Source: Erysipelotrichaceae bacterium MTC7
GTDB taxonomy: Bacteria; Bacillota_I; Bacilli_A; Erysipelotrichales; Erysipelotrichaceae
Direction: 5' to 3'
DNA length: 32,000 bases
NCBI GenBank assembly: GCA_001695645.1
Contig: LVZN01000034.1
Coordinates: forward strand, 30,001-62,000
Shown: in pieces, positions 16,112 through 23,581 of the stretch
How the letters are laid out: every line of letters begins with the position of its first letter
Numbering within the stretch: position 1 is the first letter of the stretch
Notes under the pieces: generated by a model
Seen by the model: only the letters and a program-made list of their open reading frames with translations
Databases searched by the model: none
Told to the model about the DNA's origin: nothing
Made by a program: the position numbers and the translations under genes

Positions 16112-18631
16112 ATGGCAATTAAATCAATATTGACATCACAAACTGACTTTACAGGTGAGTTTCCTGTAAGTGAGAATACTCTTGCTCTTTGGCGATTCAA
16201 TGAGTCTGGACCTGACTCCGATGTTAAACTTGTCGATGCGAGTGGTCATGGTCGGCACATCGCTATATCGGGATGGTCTGGCACATCGGCAAGTTTCCCC
16301 AATGGTCGCTATGGACGATTTTTTCGCCAGAATATTGTTAATCCGACATCAGAGAAAACCTACTTGATTGCAAAGAATGATGGTACATTTTTCTCCAATT
16401 TAGGCGATAAAATCGCAGTAGGTGGATGGATAAACCCAACTACCTACTCTGTAGGACAGACCTTTATTCCGCTGTTTAATACAAGACAAGGTCCGGGTCA
16501 ACCTATTCTATACTTGTCCCTGTACCAAGGCAGACCTCGAATGATGTTATATAACTCTTCTGGTTCACTGATCCTCGACCAGAGTGAAACACCAAGTTTT
16601 AACATGGTTAATGGTGGATGGTACTTTATTGCAGCAATTATTGAAGTGAATGCCAAGACATCGCAGTTTATTCTATGTAACCGAGCAGACGGAACGGTCT
16701 GGATTGCACCCAAACGGACATTCACGGGAACATTAAATCCATCTTGTACAGCAGATATTGTGATTGGAATGCATGCAAATCAGTATTATTATGCAGGTGG
16801 ATTTGATGATTGGTTTATCGAAGTGAATTCACAGCTTACAATTGAGGATTTAGAACGCCATTTCAAACAGTCATTGCTTGCCAATGGCGGTGATACTAGT
16901 AGTGCGATTGATGCTATTACAGAACCTGGTGTGGTAACTCTCCTCAAAGATAATAACAACAGATATCCTGAAGTTGGGCAACTTACGACTATAGCTGTAG
17001 AATGTTCTCTTGCGGGTAGTGGTCGAGTGTCTGTAACTTCGGAGTATACAGCAGGCGTGACTTCTATTTCTACTATAGAGACGTCTACGTCAGACGATTT
17101 GCAGGATTGGTCGGCGTGGCAGGAGGTGGGTTCCAACGGTGAACTGGTTTCTCCAAACCGTAACTTTATTCGTTATAGGATTACACTTTCAACTATTGAT
17201 CCCTTGGTTACACCGAAACTTTTGGATATCACACTTCACGACATACCGAAAGCTCCATATGAAAAACTGGGTTTTGCTAGGCCTGTCGTGCTGGACGAGA
17301 ATGGCGCATGGGAAGCAGTACTTGAAAATGCATATGACATCATCGTAACGGGAGAGATTAATGGCGCAGATACTTTGGAATTCAAACTGCCATGGAATGA
17401 TAGCAAACGTGTATATTTAGATAATGAAAAACAGGTTCAAGTTGCACATGACATTTATCGCATAAGGACACTGACAGATGAAAAAGGAGCAGATGGAACA
17501 GGGATTCTGACCACTGTATATGCGGAAGCAGCATTTTATGATTTGACCTTTTCAGATGAAAAACAACCGCGAGAGTTTAATGCCGATTTACCTTCTGTTC
17601 CAATGAGTTATGCGTTGGAAGGCACAGGATGGTCTCTTGGTGTAGTTGATGTCACAACCAAACGGACATGGCAATGCCAAGAGAAGAATGCATTGGCCAT
17701 ACTCAGAATGACGCAACAGATTCACGGTGGAGACTTAGTATTTGATAGTCGAAACCGTCTTGTAAATTTACTTACATTTAGTGGTAGAGATAGTGGTGCA
17801 TTATTTGCCTATAAGAAAAACCTTACAGGTATCAAGAGAGTTGTTGATACCCGCTCTCTGGTGACAAGGTTATATGCCCATGGTAAAGATGGCATGACCT
17901 TTGCCACTATCAATAGTGGCAAGGAATATGTAGAAAACTATGAATATTGCAATGAGGTGCGGGTTTCAACACTCGATCTTTCGAATTTCACAAATCCTTA
18001 TCAAATGCTTGAGTTTACGAATATGCGACTCGCAGAATTTTCAAAGCCCCGTGTTTCCTATGTGCTATCAGCGATGGATTTGTCTGTGCTGACAGGTTAT
18101 GAGCATGAAAGGTGGTCACTTGGCGACATTGTGACGGTGGATGATAGAGATTTGAATCTTACTATCAAAACAAGGGTTGTTCGCAGACAATACAATCTTC
18201 AGGAGCCATGGAAAACTGTACTTGAATTATCATCAAAACTTCGTGAACTTGGGGATACGTCTTCTAGCATTCTCGCTGATCAGCTCGACCAAAGCAACCT
18301 CATTGGGCAGGAAATCAAAGATATGGTGCCGTTTAACCATCTGCGTAATAGTAGAGCAGACGATGGCTTTGCTTACTGGCAGAATTCAGGTTTTGAGGTG
18401 GACACTGAAAAAGGTGTGACAGGTACAGCTTCATTTAAAGCGGTAGGTTCTGCAACCTCTACAAAAAGTATGGCTCAAACAATATATCCTGCATCCCGCC
18501 GTAACTACACCATATCAGCACAAATAGGATCAGATAATCTCCAAAAAGGTATAGATGGACAAGTGGGTATCGAGGTAGTATTTGAGTTTGAAGATGGAAC
18601 TACTGAAACGAGATTTATTGACCTGTTTTAA
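16112..18631 (+). CDS. Tail-associated (Tal-like) minor structural protein with an N-terminal LamG-like extension and a C-terminal partial carbohydrate-binding-type jelly-roll
   Basis: GGAGGTG lies 6 nt before ATG 16112. Residues ~25-260 resemble a LamG/concanavalin-like domain (LALWRFNE...ASGHGRH...GGWYFIAA...GGFDDWFIE). From ~aa 400, INGADTLEFKLPWND...IYRIRT resembles the canonical prophage-tail/Tal N-terminal domain. The last ~100 aa (NHLRNSRADDGFAYWQN...) resemble the first half of a CBM4_9-like domain. Confidence 0.85.
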   Translation: MAIKSILTSQTDFTGEFPVSENTLALWRFNESGPDSDVKLVDASGHGRHIAISGWSGTSASFPNGRYGRFFRQNIVNPTSEKTYLIAKNDGTFFSNLGDKIAVGGWINPTTYSVGQTFIPLFNTRQGPGQPILYLSLYQGRPRMMLYNSSGSLILDQSETPSFNMVNGGWYFIAAIIEVNAKTSQFILCNRADGTVWIAPKRTFTGTLNPSCTADIVIGMHANQYYYAGGFDDWFIEVNSQLTIEDLERHFKQSLLANGGDTSSAIDAITEPGVVTLLKDNNNRYPEVGQLTTIAVECSLAGSGRVSVTSEYTAGVTSISTIETSTSDDLQDWSAWQEVGSNGELVSPNRNFIRYRITLSTIDPLVTPKLLDITLHDIPKAPYEKLGFARPVVLDENGAWEAVLENAYDIIVTGEINGADTLEFKLPWNDSKRVYLDNEKQVQVAHDIYRIRTLTDEKGADGTGILTTVYAEAAFYDLTFSDEKQPREFNADLPSVPMSYALEGTGWSLGVVDVTTKRTWQCQEKNALAILRMTQQIHGGDLVFDSRNRLVNLLTFSGRDSGALFAYKKNLTGIKRVVDTRSLVTRLYAHGKDGMTFATINSGKEYVENYEYCNEVRVSTLDLSNFTNPYQMLEFTNMRLAEFSKPRVSYVLSAMDLSVLTGYEHERWSLGDIVTVDDRDLNLTIKTRVVRRQYNLQEPWKTVLELSSKLRELGDTSSSILADQLDQSNLIGQEIKDMVPFNHLRNSRADDGFAYWQNSGFEVDTEKGVTGTASFKAVGSATSTKSMAQTIYPASRRNYTISAQIGSDNLQKGIDGQVGIEVVFEFEDGTTETRFIDLF

Positions 18632-18637
18632 GAAAGG

Positions 18638-18844
18638 ATGGTGATTGATTTGGCTGTATTTCAACAAATTGCTCGTGATGCAACACCTAAAGGGTATGGG
18701 AAGCTTCACTCTATCACCATTCGGTTGGTAGTTTCAAACTGCACGGGAGAAGTATATTTCACTGACATTATGCTGCAGGCAGGTTCTATAGCCACTGGCT
18801 GGGTCGGTCATGTATGCGAAATCAAGTGGACGAACGACGGGTAG
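18638..18844 (+). CDS. Small ORF in frame with Tal, encoding the missing C-terminal half of the jelly-roll. Either a readthrough or reinitiation product, or a nonsense-separated fragment.
   Basis: It is in the same frame as 16112-18631, separated by TAA (18629-18631) plus 2 codons. It encodes ...HSITIRLVVSNCTGEVYFTDIMLQAG, a typical terminal-strand pattern of CBM-type beta-sandwiches. No well-spaced RBS precedes ATG 18638. Confidence 0.45.
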   Translation: MVIDLAVFQQIARDATPKGYGKLHSITIRLVVSNCTGEVYFTDIMLQAGSIATGWVGHVCEIKWTNDG

Positions 18845-18853
18845 GTGATGGCT

Positions 18854-19423
18854 ATGCAGGAAAGCAATTTTATACGTTTTGCGGAAGTCATAAAAGTAAA
18901 ATCAGAAAAGCGTATAGTTAGTATTACTGTGCGTCCCCTTATTACCAACTGTACGGGTTCGATTTATTTCACCGACCTACAACTTCAGGAGGGTGACAAG
19001 CTGACAGGATACACGCTACACACGGAAACGTTCCTAAAGCATTCGCCTAATCCGGTACGTTTCCACAATGGTGTAGTCCGTAGTGGAGACACAATCATTA
19101 TTTTTAACCTCGGAGAAACTTCAAGCGGGCTAGATTGTTATATCTACCCCCTGCAAGCTATGGAAGCTGGCAGTATTCAGCTTTCACAGGGGATGGGTTC
19201 ACATAAGGTAAAATTTGATTCAGAGGCTTACCCAGGTGATGAATTTGCACTTAAGGCTTCAACAAGAGAGTGTTTGAGAAACGGCTATCCCACGCCGAAG
19301 CATGGATTCTTTCAATACACAGCCGCTACCGACAGTAAGCACCAAGTAAAGCTACAAGACAGAAAATCTGCTAGGGTATATTTCGAATACAAAGAAATGC
19401 TGAAAGGGGATCTGCGTCCATGA
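18854..19423 (+). CDS. Tail or baseplate-associated protein starting with a second copy of the half jelly-roll motif
   Basis: It is again in the same frame, separated by a single TAG (18842-18844). AGGTG lies 6 nt before ATG 18854; the ORF track starts at GTG 18845. The N-terminus VSITVRPLITNCTGSIYFTDLQLQEG is paralogous to the 18638 ORF. The stop overlaps the next start (ATGA). Confidence 0.6.
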   Translation: MQESNFIRFAEVIKVKSEKRIVSITVRPLITNCTGSIYFTDLQLQEGDKLTGYTLHTETFLKHSPNPVRFHNGVVRSGDTIIIFNLGETSSGLDCYIYPLQAMEAGSIQLSQGMGSHKVKFDSEAYPGDEFALKASTRECLRNGYPTPKHGFFQYTAATDSKHQVKLQDRKSARVYFEYKEMLKGDLRP

Positions 19424-21888
19424 AAGATTATATTAAGGGTAAACGCTGTATGGTATGGTCCTTCATGGGCAATGCTCGGATGTATCAGGCTTTGAACGAT
19501 TACGGTGACCGCTTAGATACTGTTGGTATTTTCACTTTTGAGGTAGACATCACAGGCACGATAACGGAAACAGGTACTAGCGTTTCTTCCCTTACTCCAT
19601 ATCGTACAAAGTGGCCACATATCAAATGGTTACTTACCATTATGAATCATGGGACAGAGAGCATATTTACGGCTCTGAGAAATAACGAAGGTGGTGCAAA
19701 GTCGAAATTCCTCTCAGAAATAGTACGTATTATGAACAAATACCCTTGGTGTGCAGGTGTAGATATCGATTTAGAGCGCGGTGGCGGATTTGAGAACCGT
19801 GCTACCGCAAATGCTCTATTCGCTGATATATACTCGACTGTTAAAAACTATGATTCATCAAAACTGGTCAATATCTGCTTACCTGGAATGACGGGTGTGC
19901 AAGGATCAGTTGGTGGAGAAAATTGGTGTGTTTATGCCGACCTTAACGATTATTGTGATACGGCAGCAATCATGAGTTATGGCATGGCATGGGCAGGTTC
20001 AGCTCCAGGTCCAGTATCACCAAGGAGCTGGCTTGAAGGTATCTACAATTATGCTATTACAGCTATGTCACCACAAAAAGTATATATGGGTTTACCTGGT
20101 TACGGTTGGAATTGGCAGATTTACGACTATCCATCCAACCTAGGTAAGACTTATCGCGGTACATCGAACACTTACTATGCAGCTAAGAACTGGATGACTG
20201 GGGTGTATAACTTTACAAATGATCAGCCTCCACAACCATTTATCCCAATCATTGCCTACTGGGATGATCACGATAAAGTACCATGGGCGCTGCCACATGT
20301 CTACGATTATATGGAAGGCTGGGACGCAGTATCACGAGAATCTCCTATTATTGCTGAAACATATAATCGGCGAAAATATCTTACTTGTTACGGGAAAACA
20401 CAAAAGTCGGAGTTTGGAACTATATATGTTAACCGAGATGGTGAACCGAACAGCTACACAGATGGTGTTGTGGTTGGTAATGGAATGATCACTCTTTCGT
20501 CAAGTGAAGGTAAAGCGGAGTACAACTTTACAATTGACAAATCAGGTACTTATGATGTAGTTGTACAGCTTTGCTTTCCGTTCTGGGATAAGAATGGTAT
20601 CACAATTGCACTTGACGGTACAGTGGTTAGCTACTCAGAGAATCGTTTATGGTGGCCATACTGGAGGAAAACTTATTGGGCAGAACTTGCCACTAATGTA
20701 AATCTCCTAGCAGGAACACATAGCATTACGATTGAAGGTGGTGTAGTTGGTACTCAATTTTATGGTTTTCGGGTTTGTTCTAATTTTAGTGAACATCCTT
20801 CTGCTGGAGAGGCAACCTTCAGTTTATCTCCACGAAGCTTTAAAGACGTAAATGGTAACATGGCTGTTCCAGACAAAGGGTTTAAGCTTACTACAGAGGT
20901 TTTGCGCCGTAAGCCGGATTCAGCGTTAGCTTGGTATGAAGACTTTAGAGATTCCGTCATCCTGCCAGAAAGCTACTGGCAGACGTTATCGGGGAGTTGG
21001 AGTGTATGGCAAAATCCTGATGACAATGGCAATCGCCCGTATTCTCAGCTTGAAGGAAGTGGTCAGCTTGCCTGGAAATACGACAGCTTTAGTGATGTGC
21101 ATATTCGTGCTAGAATTGCCTTTCCTATGAGCGGTAGCGGAAGAGCAGGAGTGTTTTGTGGGAATGTGTTTTGTTGTATCAACATTGATGCCCAACAAGT
21201 GGAGCTTTACCAAGGCTCTACATTACTTGGTAGTTATCCGGCAAGTTACTATAAGACTTCAGATGCTGACATCCGCACCAATCCGAATATGTATCTCATT
21301 GAAATGAGGAAACGTGGAAATAAGGTGCGTGTCTACTCTGGGAATTCCAACACACTTCGTTTTACTGCAAACATCTCAAGTACGGGTGGCTATTGTGGTA
21401 TTCAGTCCGATGGGCAAATTAAATGTGAACTTCTCCGCTTAGGCGATGCATGGACTTATGAACCTTACGAAGCCTTTGATGTCACCATGCCAGACGGATC
21501 ACTTATGCAGTATGGCAGAATTGCTAGGAATGGTGTAACTTGGGATAGTAAGTTTCATGTATTTACTCTTACAGCTGATGTAGAGGAAGCCTCCACCAGA
21601 AGTGAGGATATTTCCATGGATTATGACTTTTATCATAGTAATCTCTTGCAGATACCATGCAATGCAGATTATACAGCGAAGGTTATACCAAAGGACATAA
21701 ACGTCTGGATATCTCGGTTGTTTCTCGGTGATGCAGATGGCTTTTCAATTTTGTACTATCAAGATGTGGATTCGCTGGTCTACTGGTCAAACGAAGCGGC
21801 TTATCGCTGGGACTTACGGGGTATTGCTATCTGGTCATTGGGACAGGAAGATATGCGGCTATGGGAAGCTTTGCCAAAACAAATATAA
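19420..21888 (+). CDS. Tail fibre / receptor-binding-type protein with a GH18-like (chitinase/SleL-like) TIM barrel interrupted by large lectin-like insertions
   Basis: The GH18 catalytic block is AGVDIDLE (D-x-D-x-E at 19762-19776). Barrel strands include IKWLLTIMN, AAIMSYGM and KVYMGLPGYGWNW, and the terminal strand GIAIWSLGQED sits only at the extreme C-terminus. About 450 aa in between contain CBM-like (TYDVVVQL...GTHSITIEG) and concanavalin/LamG-like (WSVWQ...IRARIAF...YLIEMRKRGNKVRVY) segments. Confidence 0.8.
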   Translation: MKDYIKGKRCMVWSFMGNARMYQALNDYGDRLDTVGIFTFEVDITGTITETGTSVSSLTPYRTKWPHIKWLLTIMNHGTESIFTALRNNEGGAKSKFLSEIVRIMNKYPWCAGVDIDLERGGGFENRATANALFADIYSTVKNYDSSKLVNICLPGMTGVQGSVGGENWCVYADLNDYCDTAAIMSYGMAWAGSAPGPVSPRSWLEGIYNYAITAMSPQKVYMGLPGYGWNWQIYDYPSNLGKTYRGTSNTYYAAKNWMTGVYNFTNDQPPQPFIPIIAYWDDHDKVPWALPHVYDYMEGWDAVSRESPIIAETYNRRKYLTCYGKTQKSEFGTIYVNRDGEPNSYTDGVVVGNGMITLSSSEGKAEYNFTIDKSGTYDVVVQLCFPFWDKNGITIALDGTVVSYSENRLWWPYWRKTYWAELATNVNLLAGTHSITIEGGVVGTQFYGFRVCSNFSEHPSAGEATFSLSPRSFKDVNGNMAVPDKGFKLTTEVLRRKPDSALAWYEDFRDSVILPESYWQTLSGSWSVWQNPDDNGNRPYSQLEGSGQLAWKYDSFSDVHIRARIAFPMSGSGRAGVFCGNVFCCINIDAQQVELYQGSTLLGSYPASYYKTSDADIRTNPNMYLIEMRKRGNKVRVYSGNSNTLRFTANISSTGGYCGIQSDGQIKCELLRLGDAWTYEPYEAFDVTMPDGSLMQYGRIARNGVTWDSKFHVFTLTADVEEASTRSEDISMDYDFYHSNLLQIPCNADYTAKVIPKDINVWISRLFLGDADGFSILYYQDVDSLVYWSNEAAYRWDLRGIAIWSLGQEDMRLWEALPKQI

Positions 21889-21912
21889 AGGAATAATAAC
21901 CTATACAAGTAT

Positions 21913-21943
21913 ACGCTTGCCTATTTCGGATGGCGTTTTTTTT
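21913..21943 (+). terminator. Possible weak intrinsic terminator after the tail module
   Basis: ACGCTTGCC...GGATGGCGT forms an imperfect hairpin followed by T8 (21936-21943). Confidence 0.4.
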
Positions 21944-21973
21944 ATGTAATCAAAATGATAGGAGGTTAAGATA

Positions 21974-22390
21974 ATGAAGGAAATTTGGAACTGGATTCAA
22001 GTGACATTTGCTGTTGTTGGTGGTTGGTTCGGATATTTTCTCGGAGGATGGGACGGATTTTTATATGCTTTACTTACTTTTGTTGTGATTGATTACATCA
22101 CAGGTTTGATGTGTGCTGTGCTTGATAAGAAACTATCCAGCGAGGTAGGCTTTCGCGGCATATTCAAGAAAGTACTCATCTTTTCATTGGTAGCAATCGG
22201 TCACATTATTGATAAAAACGTTATTGGAGATGGCTCTGTTATACGAACAGCGGTCATCTTTTTTTATCTTTCAAATGAAGGCATATCCATACTTGAAAAT
22301 GCTGTTCATGTTGGTCTGCCTGTACCACAGAAACTCAAGGATATATTAGAGCAGCTTCACAATAGAAGTGAAAAGGAGGACTATAAATGA
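21974..22390 (+). CDS. Holin (Phage_holin_4_1 / TcdE-like family)
   Basis: 138 aa with 3-4 hydrophobic helices. The motifs FVVIDYITGLMCA, GFRGIFKKVLIF and YLSNEGISILENA..GLPVP are characteristic of this holin family. The gene lies directly upstream of, and overlaps, the endolysin gene. Confidence 0.9.
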   Translation: MKEIWNWIQVTFAVVGGWFGYFLGGWDGFLYALLTFVVIDYITGLMCAVLDKKLSSEVGFRGIFKKVLIFSLVAIGHIIDKNVIGDGSVIRTAVIFFYLSNEGISILENAVHVGLPVPQKLKDILEQLHNRSEKEDYK

Positions 22391-23088
22391 ATCTACGTAA
22401 ATTAATACTTACAAACAATGCCTGCTACAAAGCAGGCAAAACAATAACACCGAAGGGTATCATGATTCACTCAACGGGAGCTAACAACCCGTGGTTGAAG
22501 CGCTACGTTGGCCCAGACGATGGCTTGCTAGGAAAGAACCAGTATAACAACCATTGGAATCAAGACAAACCTGGAGGGCGTCAAGTTTGTGTTCATGCCT
22601 TTATTGGCAAATTAGCAGATGGTTCCATTGCTACCTATCAAACATTGCCTTGGAATCACCGAGGTTGGCATGCTGGAGGAGCTGCTAATAATTCCCATAT
22701 TGGTTTTGAAATTTGCGAGGACGGTTTGACCGATGCCTCGTATTTTTCTGCTGTTTATAAGGAAGCTGTGGAGCTTTGTGTATATCTTTGCAAACTTTAT
22801 GGGTTTAGTGAAAGAGATATCATTTGTCATAGCGAAGGTTATAAACGAGGCATTGCCAGTAATCATGCAGACGTGATGCACTGGTTTCCTAAGCATGGGA
22901 AGAGTATGGACACCTTTCGAGCGGATGTAAAGAAACTATTAAGTGCCGAAAATAAACCAGCAGACACGGTGAATAAGAAATATTACCGTGTGCAGATCGG
23001 TGCTTATTCTGTTAAAGCAAATGCTGAGGCACAGCTTGCCAAAGCTAAAAAAGCAGGCTTTACGGATGCATTTATTAAGTATGATTAA
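22387..23088 (+). CDS. Endolysin: N-acetylmuramoyl-L-alanine amidase (Amidase_2/PGRP) with a C-terminal SPOR domain
   Basis: Amidase_2 motifs: GIMIHSTGANNP, VHAFIG, GWHAGGAANNSHIGFEICE and ICHSEG. The C-terminal YYRVQIGAYSVKANAEAQLAKAKKAGFTDAFI is a SPOR-type repeat. Confidence 0.92.
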   Translation: MNLRKLILTNNACYKAGKTITPKGIMIHSTGANNPWLKRYVGPDDGLLGKNQYNNHWNQDKPGGRQVCVHAFIGKLADGSIATYQTLPWNHRGWHAGGAANNSHIGFEICEDGLTDASYFSAVYKEAVELCVYLCKLYGFSERDIICHSEGYKRGIASNHADVMHWFPKHGKSMDTFRADVKKLLSAENKPADTVNKKYYRVQIGAYSVKANAEAQLAKAKKAGFTDAFIKYD

Positions 23089-23167
23089 TCAAAAGGGCAA
23101 GTTAAAAACGGTGTTGCTTGATTTTCACAAAGTCTCTAAAATAAAGTATTAAACTATTAATTTATCT

Positions 23168-23205
23168 AGCCTGTGGGGGTTCTTCCCTTGCAGGCTCTTT
23201 TTTTA
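23168..23205 (+). terminator. Rho-independent terminator after the lysis cassette
   Basis: AGCCTGTGGGGG / CCCTTGCAGGCT form a 12-pair stem (3 G-U) with loop TTCTT, followed by T7. Confidence 0.75.
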
Positions 23206-23283
23206 TGCTCTGATTTAATTTAATTTTTACAAATCCTCAACTTCGACCTGTTCCCGCGGCTATTAGGTAGGAGGTGATTCTAC

Positions 23284-23520
23284 GTGAATCAGCATGAGGA
23301 TAAAAAAGTAATGAAGATCTCGGATGAGGTTATAGACAAAAGCATCGAATTAAAGAAAATGTCACAGGAGCAGCTACAGCGTGAGTTTGATTATATTCAG
23401 GCAGAGAAATTACTTAAAAAGATGCTTCAAAAAGGTTTAATAACGGAGGCAGAATTCAACAAGATAGACGCACTCAACCGCCAAACTTTCTCTCCTTTTT
23501 TAGCAGAGATAATGCCATGA
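23284..23520 (+). CDS. Small helical protein upstream of the recombinases (SHOCT-like motif; possible accessory or directionality factor)
   Basis: 78-aa ORF with a GTG start 7 nt after AGGAGGTG. It contains LLKKMLQKGLITEAEFNKI, a SHOCT-like pattern. No functional evidence. Confidence 0.55.
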   Translation: MNQHEDKKVMKISDEVIDKSIELKKMSQEQLQREFDYIQAEKLLKKMLQKGLITEAEFNKIDALNRQTFSPFLAEIMP

Positions 23521-23581
23521 AGTCGTTGATATATAAGGGTTTCAGAGGTAACATGTGACCTGCCAAGAAGGAGGTGAGAGG

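Noticed and set aside
16789-17136. 115-aa minus-strand ORF within the Tal-like gene
   Set aside because: It lies fully inside a long, motif-bearing + strand ORF, and there are no upstream expression signals on the minus strand.
18629-18844. Global stop-codon reassignment (alternative genetic code, TAA or TAG read as sense) as an explanation for the in-frame stops
   Set aside because: Across the window TAA, TAG and TGA all terminate ORFs at sensible boundaries, followed by RBS-start pairs, and no other gene is fragmented. If recoding occurs it is local, not a genome-wide code change.
18690-19020. The two related half-domain copies considered as a diversity-generating retroelement template/variable repeat pair
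   Set aside because: There is no reverse transcriptase gene in the window. The copies are highly diverged, and the differences are not confined to adenine positions (for example gagaag versus ttcgat).
23089-23283. The intergenic region after the endolysin gene, inspected for a tRNA, an attP-like inverted repeat or a small RNA
   Set aside because: Only the intrinsic terminator (23168-23205) and the RBS of the next gene are evident. I could not fold a cloverleaf or find a convincing imperfect palindrome by eye.
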